Below are positions 8,738 through 17,873 of a stretch of 56,667 bases of DNA, piece by piece (positions within the stretch are counted from its first letter, which is position 1; every line of letters begins with the position of its first letter). The notes under the pieces are model-generated. The model ran no database searches. It saw only the letters and a program-made list of their open reading frames with translations, and was not told the DNA's origin. The DNA comes from an uncultured Elusimicrobia bacterium. Its GTDB lineage: Bacteria; Elusimicrobiota; Elusimicrobia; UBA1565; UBA9628. The position numbers and the translations under genes are program-made. The stretch lies in assembly GCA_964653765.1 (NCBI GenBank), contig CAZZGQ010000002.1, positions 1 to 56,667 of the forward strand, read 5' to 3'.

Positions 8738-9720
8738 CACCGCATAGAGGACGCGTCGTCTATCTCAACGGTGAGTATGTGCCCGAGGCCTCGGCGCGCA
8801 TCTCGATCTACGACTCGGCGTTGATGTTCGGCGACATGGTCTTCGAGATGACCCGTTCCTTCAGCAAGAAGCAGTTCAAGCTGCGCGAGCACTTGGAGCG
8901 CCTCTACGCCTCCGTCCGCTTCGTGAACATCCCGCTCAAGATGCCGATCGAGAAGATGGAGAAGCTCTGCCAAGAGGTCATCGAGCGCAACGACCCTCTC
9001 TTCGAGAGCACCGACGAGCATCGCTTGATGATCAACGTCAGCCGCGGGCCCTTGTCCATCTACGCTCCCATCTTCGGCGGCAAGATGGAGCCGACGGTCG
9101 TCATCGCCGACTTTCCGCTCAAGTGGACGGTGGCTTCGATGGGGCCGCTCTTCGACACCGGCATCAACGCTGTCATCCCTTCCCAGCGCGCCATCCCGGC
9201 GACGCTGCTCGATCCCAAGGTCAAGAGCCGCAGTCGCCTCCATTACATGATGGCCAACATCGAGGTCTCGCAGGTCAAGGGCGACAACAACTGGGCGCTG
9301 CTCCTCGATCCTGAGGGTTTCATCGCCGAGGGCACCGGCGACAACATCTTCATCGTCAAGGATGGCGTCGTCATCACGCCCGAGCCGCGCAATATCCTGC
9401 GCGGCATCAGCCGGGCGTACATCTTCGAGCTCTGCGAGCAGCTCAAGCTCAAGTGTGTCGAGCGCAACATCGAGCCGTACGACATGCTCATGGCCGACGA
9501 GTCGTTCATGACCGGCACTCCGTTCTGTCTGCTGCCCGTCACGGCCCTTAACGGCACGGCGTTGGGTGACGGCAAAATGGGACCGATCACGCGCCGGCTG
9601 CTCGAGCGCTGGAGCAAGAACGTCGGGGTCGACGTCGAAAAGCAGATCAAGGATTGGGGCCGGGAGATCAGCTCGGCGGCCGCCGGGGCGCCCAGCCCTT
9701 ATCAATTCCGGCGCGGGTGA
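8734..9720 (+). CDS. PLP fold-type IV aminotransferase (BCAT/D-amino acid aminotransferase/PabC family)
   Basis: VYLNGEYV, FGD.VFE, HLERL..S, DPKVKS (Schiff-base Lys), EGTGDNIF, LRGISR, ESFMTGT. Confidence 0.9.
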   Translation: MTPHRGRVVYLNGEYVPEASARISIYDSALMFGDMVFEMTRSFSKKQFKLREHLERLYASVRFVNIPLKMPIEKMEKLCQEVIERNDPLFESTDEHRLMINVSRGPLSIYAPIFGGKMEPTVVIADFPLKWTVASMGPLFDTGINAVIPSQRAIPATLLDPKVKSRSRLHYMMANIEVSQVKGDNNWALLLDPEGFIAEGTGDNIFIVKDGVVITPEPRNILRGISRAYIFELCEQLKLKCVERNIEPYDMLMADESFMTGTPFCLLPVTALNGTALGDGKMGPITRRLLERWSKNVGVDVEKQIKDWGREISSAAAGAPSPYQFRRG

Positions 9721-10544
9721 CGACGAACCCGATCGGCATCATGCAGGGGCGTCTTTCGCCTCCTGCGCATGGACGGATACAGGCCTTCCCCGCGGATTCT
9801 TGGAAGCGCGAGCTCGAGTTGGCCGGCGACCTCGGACTGGCCCATATCGAGTGGGTCTATGACGTCGAGAGCGCCGACTCGTCGCCGCTGCTGACCGATC
9901 CGGGCGCGGTTCGCGAGGTCGTCCGCCGCACCGGCGTCAAGATCGCTGCCGTCTGCGGCGATTATTTCCGCGACTGTCCCGTGATTCGCGTCGATGCGCG
10001 GGGCTTGCGTGAGCGGGTTGAGCGCGTGGCGCGCCTATGCGCCGCCTGTCGTGAACTCGAAATCCCGGCTGTCATGATTCCCTTCGTCGATTTCTCGGCG
10101 ATCCAGGGCGAGGCCGAGCTTCCCGCTGTCGCCGCCGCTCTCAGGGAATGCCTGCGCCCGGCGCGTGAAGCGGGGATCAAAATCCTGCTGGAGACGAACC
10201 TCCAGCCCGCCCTTTACCGCAGACTTCTCGAGGACGTCGGCGATCCCGGGCTCGGCGTCAACTATGACATGGGCGACTGCGCTTCGCTAGGGCATGAGCC
10301 TGCCGCCGAACTCGGGCTTCTGGGTCCTTGGCTTCGCGGTGTCCATGTAAAGGACAGGCCGCTCGGCGGCTCGACGGTCCCGCTCGGTAGCGGCGCTGTC
10401 GACTTCCCAACGGTCTTTCGGGCATTGGACAAAGCGGGCTTCGCCGGGCCGATCACCCTTCAGACAGCACGCGCTGGCGACGAGCTCGAGCTGGCGCGCC
10501 GCAACCGCAGCTTCGTGCGGTCTCTTCTATGCCCAAGCGCGTGA
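9717..10544 (+). CDS. Xylose-isomerase-like TIM barrel (sugar phosphate isomerase/epimerase, AP-endonuclease-2 family)
   Basis: GTGA overlap; IGIMQGRLSP, LLET, NYD.GD, HVKD, G.G.VDF. Confidence 0.82.
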   Translation: MTTNPIGIMQGRLSPPAHGRIQAFPADSWKRELELAGDLGLAHIEWVYDVESADSSPLLTDPGAVREVVRRTGVKIAAVCGDYFRDCPVIRVDARGLRERVERVARLCAACRELEIPAVMIPFVDFSAIQGEAELPAVAAALRECLRPAREAGIKILLETNLQPALYRRLLEDVGDPGLGVNYDMGDCASLGHEPAAELGLLGPWLRGVHVKDRPLGGSTVPLGSGAVDFPTVFRALDKAGFAGPITLQTARAGDELELARRNRSFVRSLLCPSA

Positions 10545-11356
10545 CGCCGGCGGCTTTTTCGCTCAAGGGCCGGGTGGCTGTTGTGACGGGCGGCGCGGGC
10601 TTTTTGGGGCAACAGCATGCCCGGGCTCTGCATGCTCATGGCGCGGAGGTGGCGCTCGTCGACATCGATGAGGCCGCCGCCAAGAAGGCGGCGCGCCGCG
10701 TTGGTCGTCGCGCGGCGGGCTTCGCAGTCGACGTGACCTCGCCCGATTCGGTGCGTGCTCTGGAGCGGCGCGTGCGCGCCGCTCTCGGCGAGGTTGATAT
10801 CCTCCTCAATAACGCGGCGATTGACCCGAAGATCAAGGCGGGAGGCGAGGGTGTCGAGTTCTCCCGACTCGAGAACTTTCCGCTGGAGCAGTGGAACCGC
10901 GAGATTGCTGTCGGCTTGACGGGAGCTCTTCTGTGCAGCCAGGTCTTCGGCACGCGCATGGCGCAGCGAGGACGCGGAGTCATCCTCAACATCGCCTCGG
11001 ACCTGTCCGTGATCGCGCCTGATCAGCGTCTCTATCGCAAGTCCGGTTTGCCGAAGCACCGCCAGCCCGTCAAGCCCGTCACGTATTCTGCGATCAAGGC
11101 GGGGTTGGTCGGCCTCACTCGATACTTGGCGACTTATTGGGCCGAGGACGGAGTTCGAGTCAATGCGCTGTCACCTGGAGGGATGCGCAAGGATCAGCCC
11201 GAGGAGTTCGTGGCGAGGCTGTCATCGCTCATCCCAGCCGGCCGCATGGCCGAGCTCGACGAATACGGAGGAGCGGTCGTCTTTCTCGTCAGCGACGCTT
11301 CGTCTTACATGACCGGCCAAAACGTCGTGATTGACGGCGGCCGAAGCATCTGGTAG
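10529..11356 (+). CDS. SDR family oxidoreductase
   Basis: TGGAGFLG, NNAA, YSAIK, VRVNALSPGG, TGQNVVIDGG. Confidence 0.93.
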   Translation: MPKRVTPAAFSLKGRVAVVTGGAGFLGQQHARALHAHGAEVALVDIDEAAAKKAARRVGRRAAGFAVDVTSPDSVRALERRVRAALGEVDILLNNAAIDPKIKAGGEGVEFSRLENFPLEQWNREIAVGLTGALLCSQVFGTRMAQRGRGVILNIASDLSVIAPDQRLYRKSGLPKHRQPVKPVTYSAIKAGLVGLTRYLATYWAEDGVRVNALSPGGMRKDQPEEFVARLSSLIPAGRMAELDEYGGAVVFLVSDASSYMTGQNVVIDGGRSIW

Positions 11357-11364
11357 GGGGTACT

Positions 11365-12096
11365 ATGGCTAAACGGGTCGTCGGTATCATTCAGGCGCGC
11401 ATGGGATCGTCGCGGCTCCCGGGGAAATCGATGGAGCTGCTGGCCGGCAAGCCGTTGGTTTGGCAATTCCTCGAGCGAGTGAAGCGATCCAAGCGGCTCG
11501 ACGAGATCGTGCTGGCCACGACCACCAAGGCGCAGGACGACGTTCTAGAGCAGTTGGCGCGCGGCTGCGAGGTCAGCGTCTTCCGAGGTAGCGAGAACGA
11601 TCTAGTCGACCGCTATTTCCAGGCGGCGAAACGGTTCAAAGCCGACACGGTGGTGCGCTTGTGCGCCGACAATCCGGTCGTCGAGTCCGAAGAAGTCGAC
11701 CGGATCATCGAGTACTTCCCTATCTCCGGCGTGGATTTCGCGGCTAATACTCATAACATCCTCGACAACCAGTATCCCGACGGCCTGGGCGCCGAGATCT
11801 TCAGCTTCGAGAGCTTGGAGGAAATCTGGCGGGAGTCCACCGACCCTCGGCGCAGGGAGCACCCGCACACGAACTTCTACGAGCAGCCCGAGAAGTACAC
11901 GATCGGCACCGTGCCTTGCCCCGCCGGCTTCCGCAGGCCCGAGCTCAAGCTCGACGTCAATCTGCCCGAGGAGCTGGCTTTCCTGCAGACGATCTACGAT
12001 TACTGCTATCCGCGCAACGAGCGCTTCCATATCACGGATATTATTCGGTGGCACGATACAGTCTATAAGAAGGAGCCGCTAAGAGCGTCGAAATAG
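11365..12096 (+). CDS. Acylneuraminate-type cytidylyltransferase, SpsF/PseF-like
   Basis: IIQARMGSSRLPGKS, FRGSENDLVDRY, VRLCADNP, REH, LDV..PE.L. Confidence 0.9.
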   Translation: MAKRVVGIIQARMGSSRLPGKSMELLAGKPLVWQFLERVKRSKRLDEIVLATTTKAQDDVLEQLARGCEVSVFRGSENDLVDRYFQAAKRFKADTVVRLCADNPVVESEEVDRIIEYFPISGVDFAANTHNILDNQYPDGLGAEIFSFESLEEIWRESTDPRRREHPHTNFYEQPEKYTIGTVPCPAGFRRPELKLDVNLPEELAFLQTIYDYCYPRNERFHITDIIRWHDTVYKKEPLRASK

Positions 12097-12101
12097 TCGC
12101 C

Positions 12102-12893
12102 ATGAGCTTTACGTTAGAACGAATCAGGGATTTTTGGACGGACCAGGCGAAGACACATGGGCAATCGTATGCCGCTTCGTGGTCAGATCGCTACGCTATT
12201 GAGTTGGAGATCGAGACGCTGCTCAATTACGTAGCGCCAGGCGACCGTATGCTCGATATCGGATGCGCGAACGGTTTTTCAACGCTCCGAATTGTGAGTC
12301 AACGAGCTGTGTCAGTCGACGCGATAGACTATATTCCGGACATGGTTGAACAAGCCACGCGGCGCGCTGCTGATCTCGACGGACAACTTCAAGGATCGGT
12401 TCGATTTTCCGTCGGCGATGCAACTGCCCTTGAGCAAGAATCGGAATCCTACGACAAGGTCATGGCGATTCGAGTCGTCATAAACCTGCGTTCGTGGGAC
12501 AACCAAAAGAAAGCTCTACAAGAAGCGTCGCGAGTCCTAAAACGAGGCGGATTGCTTCTGCTATCAGAGGCGACTCTTCAGGGCTGGACCAAGCTCAACT
12601 CACTGCGGGCTACGTTTGGCCTTGCGCCTATCCCGATGCCTGCCTTCAATGAGTATCTAGATCAAGACCGAGTCGTCGATGCGCTCCGTGGGTCGATGGA
12701 TCTCGTCATGATCCGGAATTTCTCTAGCACTTACTTTCTGGGGACGCGCGTGCTTAAACCACTTGTATTTCCGATTGTCGGGCTTGCTGCTGAGATACCG
12801 AATCCGCAAACAGCATGGAACCGGTGGTTCTCGCGCTTGCCGGCCTTGGGGACATTCGGCACCCAAAAACTATTCGTTTTTCGAAAGAAGTAA
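12102..12893 (+). CDS. Class I SAM-dependent methyltransferase
   Basis: LDIGCANG, GDAT.L, RVLKRGG. Confidence 0.88.
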   Translation: MSFTLERIRDFWTDQAKTHGQSYAASWSDRYAIELEIETLLNYVAPGDRMLDIGCANGFSTLRIVSQRAVSVDAIDYIPDMVEQATRRAADLDGQLQGSVRFSVGDATALEQESESYDKVMAIRVVINLRSWDNQKKALQEASRVLKRGGLLLLSEATLQGWTKLNSLRATFGLAPIPMPAFNEYLDQDRVVDALRGSMDLVMIRNFSSTYFLGTRVLKPLVFPIVGLAAEIPNPQTAWNRWFSRLPALGTFGTQKLFVFRKK

Positions 12894-12922
12894 GGCCCTT
12901 CAGTCAATCGCCCTCGCGTAAC

Positions 12923-12931
12923 TGTTAAGAT
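12923..12931 (+). promoter_or_regulatory. Extended -10 element, possibly for a leaderless transcript
   Basis: TG-T-TAAGAT ending 6 nt before ATG 12938. Confidence 0.5.
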
Positions 12932-12937
12932 TTAAGG

Positions 12938-13891
12938 ATGCCATTGCTGTCCGTTGTTATTCCCGTTTATCGCGCTGAAGAGTGTCTGGAGGAGCTGCAT
13001 CGCCGCTTAACGAGTACGCTTGAGGCTTTGACCGAGGATTACGAGATAATCTTTGTCGAAGATGGCGGCGGCGATGGCTCCTGGAATCTTATTTCCGCTC
13101 TCGCTCAGCGCGATAGGCGTGTGCAAGGCCTGCAACTGAGCAGGAACTTCGGGCAACACTACGCCATCACCGCAGGCATCGATTACAGCATAGGCGACTG
13201 GGTTCTGGTGATGGATTGCGACTTACAAGATCCTCCCGAGGAGATACCTAGGCTCTACGCGAAAGCGCTGGAAGGCTATGACGTTGTTGTGGCTCGGCGC
13301 CAGGAGCGTACGGATCCGTTTATAAAGCTAGCTGCTTCCACGGCGTTCTATGCTGTTTTTCGCTATTTGTCAGACCTGCCCTATGACGGGCGCGTTGGGA
13401 ACTTCCGCCTCATATCTCGCCGCGTCGCCGATTCCTTTACTCGGATGCGCGAGCGCCTGCGACTTTTTAGCGGCATGGTCGACTGGATGGGATTTCCGAC
13501 GTCAGCGATCGACGTCATGCATGGAGAAAGGTTTGCGGGCAAGTCCAGCTATAATTTCCGAAAGCTCTTTGCGTTGGCAAAGGACGCCATTCTTGCGTAC
13601 TCGAATAAACCGCTGAAGTTAGCCGTCGGTCTAGGAATGAGCCTCAGTATGGCTTCCTTTTGTTTCGGCGCCTATTTCATCGTTCGAAAGTTAACCCAAG
13701 GTATTCCTGTCGTTGGTTGGACGAGCTTGATTGTGTCGATCTATTTCATGGGCGGCCTGATTCTGACGTTGTTAGGGGTAATAGGTATATATCTTGGCGA
13801 AACGTTCGACGAAACCAAACGCCGTCCCTTATACTTCGTCAGACGCGCGACGTTTGCCGAGTCCGCCCGCTCTGCAACGGCGGTACGGTGA
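12938..13891 (+). CDS. GT2 polyprenyl-phosphate glycosyltransferase (GtrB/ArnC/YkcC-like)
   Basis: SVVIPVY, VEDG.GD.SW, LSRNFGQHYA..AG, MDCDLQDPPE, GNFRLISR, two C-terminal TMs, E.KRRPLY. Confidence 0.92.
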   Translation: MPLLSVVIPVYRAEECLEELHRRLTSTLEALTEDYEIIFVEDGGGDGSWNLISALAQRDRRVQGLQLSRNFGQHYAITAGIDYSIGDWVLVMDCDLQDPPEEIPRLYAKALEGYDVVVARRQERTDPFIKLAASTAFYAVFRYLSDLPYDGRVGNFRLISRRVADSFTRMRERLRLFSGMVDWMGFPTSAIDVMHGERFAGKSSYNFRKLFALAKDAILAYSNKPLKLAVGLGMSLSMASFCFGAYFIVRKLTQGIPVVGWTSLIVSIYFMGGLILTLLGVIGIYLGETFDETKRRPLYFVRRATFAESARSATAVR

Positions 13892-14757
13892 CATGCCCGA
13901 TTTGCCGCCAAGGCCTTGCGGCGGACTGCACGGTTTGCGGTTTTCACGGCCGCGAGGGCGACGCTGGGATCTTTGAGGCGCTTCGTTCACCGTCGGCGGA
14001 GTTAGAATATCCGCATAGCGGTTACGACGAGCTCTTCCCGCTCGAGGATATCAGCTATTGGTTTCGGCATCGCGCTGCGATCATAGAGTCCGCGGTGCGC
14101 CGATGGCCATGGCGCCCGCCTCTTCTTGATGTGGGAGGCGGTAATGGCTTCCAAGCACAGCTATTGTCGAAGCTGGGAGATGGGGTTGTCCTGGTCGAGC
14201 CCGGCGTTCGCGGCTGCGAAAACGCGGCCGCTCGCGGCGTGGTGCCGATTGTCAGATCAACGCTAGAGGCCTTGCAGTTGCGCGAAGAATCCGTCGGAGC
14301 CATCGCCCTCTTTGATGTCTTAGAGCATCTGGCATTGCGCGAGAGCCTTCTTGCCGAGGCGCGAAGGGTTCTTCGAAAAGGCGGAAGACTTTACCTCACG
14401 GTGCCCGCCCTAGGCTGGCTTTGGAGCGCGGAAGACGTTCGCGCCGAGCACAAGCTGCGCTATACCGCGACTCGGTTGCGCGCAGAGCTTCTCGGGCAGG
14501 CATTCGAGGTCGAGCATCTGACTTATTTTTTCTTGCCGCTCGTGGCTCCGATTTTGGCTTTGCGGACACTCTTTTCATTGACCGGCATCGACAAAGCCCG
14601 GCTTGGGTACGAAAGGGAGCATTCGGGATCGGGGATTGCTGGGAAAGTCTTGCGGCAGCTTCTAGGATTCGAGGCTCGCTGGCTGGCGCGAGGCCATGCC
14701 CTGCCATTTGGTTCTTCCTTGCTGTGCGTAGCCAGAAAGACATCATCGTACAATTGA
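13888..14757 (+). CDS. SAM-dependent methyltransferase with N-terminal CxxC..CxxC ribbon
   Basis: GTGA overlap; CPIC..CTVC, YWF.HR, LDVGGGNG, FDVLEH, TVPA...LWS.ED..A.H.LRY. Confidence 0.85.
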   Translation: MTCPICRQGLAADCTVCGFHGREGDAGIFEALRSPSAELEYPHSGYDELFPLEDISYWFRHRAAIIESAVRRWPWRPPLLDVGGGNGFQAQLLSKLGDGVVLVEPGVRGCENAAARGVVPIVRSTLEALQLREESVGAIALFDVLEHLALRESLLAEARRVLRKGGRLYLTVPALGWLWSAEDVRAEHKLRYTATRLRAELLGQAFEVEHLTYFFLPLVAPILALRTLFSLTGIDKARLGYEREHSGSGIAGKVLRQLLGFEARWLARGHALPFGSSLLCVARKTSSYN

Positions 14758-14761
14758 TTTC

Positions 14762-16558
14762 ATGCTTTCGCACTCGCCACTGAAGGAGTCTGCGATTTTC
14801 TCTCGGCTTCGGCCCTATGCGCCGATCGTTTTCTTAGCCGTTTGCTGCGGTCTCGTCAGCGGATTTCCCCGATGGACGGGGGGCGGTACGCCCGGCCTCG
14901 CATCCAAACCTTTCTTCTTCGCCGACGAGGTCCAATATGCCGGCCTGGTCCAGTCCAGGCGAGACGGACTTGGTGATCCCTACTTGTACGAATACCGCAC
15001 GGCGAAGGTCCCATGGCCCGAGGTCACTGATAGACTGGCTGGCATGGCCGTCGATGCTGCGGGCGGGGTCGAGCGGCTGGTCCTCCTGACTGACTTTGTG
15101 GCGCCGATGGTCTGGTTTCTGTTGGCTTTCGCGCTATTGTTTTCAATCGGCTGCTCTCGAGAGCAGGCGGCGTTTCTTGCGCTCATCTACACGCTCGAGT
15201 TTTCGTTCTATTCAAACTGGGCAGCCGTGTCAACCGTAGGGGGCCGGGTCCTGGGCTTGCGCGATATCCTCATGCCTGGTCTTTGGAGGCCTCTTTCGGT
15301 GTCGCTGGGGATCGTCCCCACTCGCTTCCTGCACCCGTTGATCTCGAGGCCTTTCTTCCTGTTTACGCTGCTTTGTGTTTGGCGAGTTTGCCAGAAGGAG
15401 TCCTGGACATGGACGCTTCTCGGGGGCTTGGCACTCTCCGCCGGTTTCTATGTGCGGTTCTTTGACTGGACAACCGCGTACGCCATTGTCGTCTGGTGGT
15501 TGCTTTGGGCGCTCGTTTCCCGCGAATACGAGAAGGCTGTTCGTCTTGCCGGTGTTCTCGCCATATCCTTGCTCGCGGGTGTTCACTATTTTGTGAATCT
15601 GCTGGCTTGGTGCCGATATCGGGGCGGGGTAGATTCTTTAGGGCCCAGCTTCTATTCGACCATGACCAATTTTTGGCCGTCCACGTGGCGTTCGGCCTTA
15701 GTGGCCATCTTCGTTCTTGCGACGCTCTACGGGGGCAGGCGGCATCCTGCGGCGCGATGGTTGGGGTGGCCGATCTTTTTAGCCACCCTGCTGTTCATGA
15801 ATGCGGCTTCTTTTCTGGGCTTGGGCGCTGTCCAGCCTGGCCATTGGAGCTTCTACCATTTGGAGCCCTTGATCGTCTGCCTCTGCGCGGGGATATGCTT
15901 TCAGTGCGTCTCTCGTCTGGGGAAGGCGGCTATCCCGGCGCTCATACTTCTCACCGTCGTCCACAGTGCGGCCATTCAGGTCTCTTGGCGGCAAGCGCAT
16001 CCTGATCTCGCGCCGCAAGAGGGGTATCTCGCCGATTTGCGGACGGCTATGGCGCGTTTGCCGCTTCCTGCTTCGGGCGAGCGTAAGGTGATTCTTGGCG
16101 TGGAAGCGGACTGGATCCGTGTGCTCAGCGATCAATACAGTTTCCTGGCACTTCCCGGCTGGAGCGCGGCGAACCGGCCGGAGCTATTGAGGCGCTTGCT
16201 TATCGCCTATCGCATCTATGGCTATCCGGAATCGCACGTGCGGACGCTTTTCGAATTCGGAATGAACGCCGAGCTCGAGCAATTGATTTGGCCGACGGAG
16301 TGCAGCGCTCGTCCGGAGAGGCCCGGATGCCGATTAGATCCGAGGCTCGAACCAGTGTGGCTGAGTTTCTATCGATCCATCCCGGAAAATGTTGACGAAG
16401 CGGTGGCATGGACGCGGGCCCGATACCGGTTGGATCAGATTCTGCTGACGCCGGGCTTAGGCACGAAGACTACATTCGCTCGATTTTCACGCGCTCAATC
16501 TTTCCACTTGATAGGGCGAAGCGGCCGCGTGAGTCTCTGGGAAGTAAACCGTGGCTGA
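14762..16558 (+). CDS. Polytopic membrane protein, probable GT-C-type (lipid-phosphate-sugar-dependent) transferase
   Basis: About 12 hydrophobic segments; acidic ADE..Y after the first TM (GT-C-like); soluble C-terminal tail; follows GtrB-like gene. Confidence 0.55.
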   Translation: MLSHSPLKESAIFSRLRPYAPIVFLAVCCGLVSGFPRWTGGGTPGLASKPFFFADEVQYAGLVQSRRDGLGDPYLYEYRTAKVPWPEVTDRLAGMAVDAAGGVERLVLLTDFVAPMVWFLLAFALLFSIGCSREQAAFLALIYTLEFSFYSNWAAVSTVGGRVLGLRDILMPGLWRPLSVSLGIVPTRFLHPLISRPFFLFTLLCVWRVCQKESWTWTLLGGLALSAGFYVRFFDWTTAYAIVVWWLLWALVSREYEKAVRLAGVLAISLLAGVHYFVNLLAWCRYRGGVDSLGPSFYSTMTNFWPSTWRSALVAIFVLATLYGGRRHPAARWLGWPIFLATLLFMNAASFLGLGAVQPGHWSFYHLEPLIVCLCAGICFQCVSRLGKAAIPALILLTVVHSAAIQVSWRQAHPDLAPQEGYLADLRTAMARLPLPASGERKVILGVEADWIRVLSDQYSFLALPGWSAANRPELLRRLLIAYRIYGYPESHVRTLFEFGMNAELEQLIWPTECSARPERPGCRLDPRLEPVWLSFYRSIPENVDEAVAWTRARYRLDQILLTPGLGTKTTFARFSRAQSFHLIGRSGRVSLWEVNRG

Positions 16559-16588
16559 ATCGTTGGCGGAATAGGCGGCCGCAAGTTT

Positions 16589-16597
16589 TGATATTAT
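16589..16597 (+). promoter_or_regulatory. Extended -10 element upstream of wzz-like gene
   Basis: TG-A-TATTAT in an AT-rich intergenic gap. Confidence 0.4.
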
Positions 16598-16640
16598 TTA
16601 TATGCCTTCTTTGGCGCAATCTAGAATCGACGAGTCAAGA

Positions 16641-17873
16641 ATGAACCCTACATCGGTGCACGACGTCGAGAAGCGAGCCGTTGGACCACGCTCTTCCAGT
16701 CACGGTTCCGTTGAAGCCAACGAATTAGACTGGGTACCAATCGCGCAGTGCTTATGGCGGTCTAGGCGCATGATTGTGCGAGGAACATTTCTAACGACCG
16801 TTGTGGTCGGCTTTCTAAGCTTCTTGTCTCCCAACGTTTACGAGAGCCGCGCCTTTCTGCGCTTTGGAAAATCGGGAATCCCTACCGTAACTTATAACTC
16901 GAAGGTGCCGGTCATATTTAACGTAGGGCATTTTTTGGACTATTTGCACCAGAAGGGCCATTTTTCAGGTGAACAAACGGCGGCCATTGAAAAGTCGTTT
17001 AAAAGCCCTGCTGGACCCGCGGCGCTGCAGAAGAGCGCGGAGATCGCTTACGACACGGAAAAGTCGAAACTTCCAGAAGCTCCGCTTCCTCCCAATGTCC
17101 TTGGCCTTTGGATCACCGTCGAAAGTCGCGCGCCGGAGCAAGCTCATGAGTTCGCCGCGTTTTTGGGCGACTATGTCAAGGATTGTCTCTTGTTTGACGA
17201 CCTTGATCAGTATATTCACTCGAATTTTCTGGCGGCGAGCAATTCCGTGAGGACGACGGAAAACTCGGTGGCCGACACCAATTTTAACATACGCCGTCTG
17301 GGTGCCAAATTGTCCGACCTTCAGCAGATCAAGAGCATATATCCGACGGCTCCAGTGGCGCTTCCCTGGCCCTCCACCGCGGGGTCGGAATACATTTCTC
17401 CAGCGGTTTTGGATATTGAGACGCAAGCAAAAATGGCCGAGTTTCGTAATCGCCGCCTTTCGTTGGCACGAGAAGACGAAATGGAGCGAATTCGTTTGGA
17501 GTTTTTTACCAAGGCCAACGAACTGCTGAAGAATGACAAGTTTTCCGTGGGGGGCGATCTGTTCCGGCTCTTGCAGCGCTTAAAGATGGATTTTTTTAAG
17601 GGCCAAGATCTTTCGAAGGATTCGGTTAAGGAAGTGTTCAATAACATTAGCATCGAGCTCGATGCGATGGGCGAACGCTATCTTTCCGACGTGAGTCCCG
17701 AGAATCGAACGATGGCAGGATATTATTCCGCGCCAGTCAAGGTGAGGCCGCATCGTTTGAAGATCATTTTTACATCATTCTTCTTGTCTTTGTCTTTTTT
17801 CATCATTCTGGCTTTAAGCAGGGAGTGGTGGGATCAGGTAGAGTCTCAATTGCAGGGACAGCGCGCGCCTTAA
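16641..17873 (+). CDS. Wzz-like polysaccharide co-polymerase / chain-length determinant (alternative start 16602)
   Basis: N-terminal TM followed by P.VYESRA, coiled-coil middle, APVKVRPHRLKII followed by C-terminal TM. Confidence 0.72.
   Translation: MNPTSVHDVEKRAVGPRSSSHGSVEANELDWVPIAQCLWRSRRMIVRGTFLTTVVVGFLSFLSPNVYESRAFLRFGKSGIPTVTYNSKVPVIFNVGHFLDYLHQKGHFSGEQTAAIEKSFKSPAGPAALQKSAEIAYDTEKSKLPEAPLPPNVLGLWITVESRAPEQAHEFAAFLGDYVKDCLLFDDLDQYIHSNFLAASNSVRTTENSVADTNFNIRRLGAKLSDLQQIKSIYPTAPVALPWPSTAGSEYISPAVLDIETQAKMAEFRNRRLSLAREDEMERIRLEFFTKANELLKNDKFSVGGDLFRLLQRLKMDFFKGQDLSKDSVKEVFNNISIELDAMGERYLSDVSPENRTMAGYYSAPVKVRPHRLKIIFTSFFLSLSFFIILALSREWWDQVESQLQGQRAP

Noticed and set aside
7560-12096. 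Standard pseudaminic/legionaminic/Neu5Ac pathway
   Set aside because: No hydrolysing 2-epimerase (NeuC/LegG), PseG hydrolase or matched PseB/C/H set in the window; NeuB lacks the SAF domain
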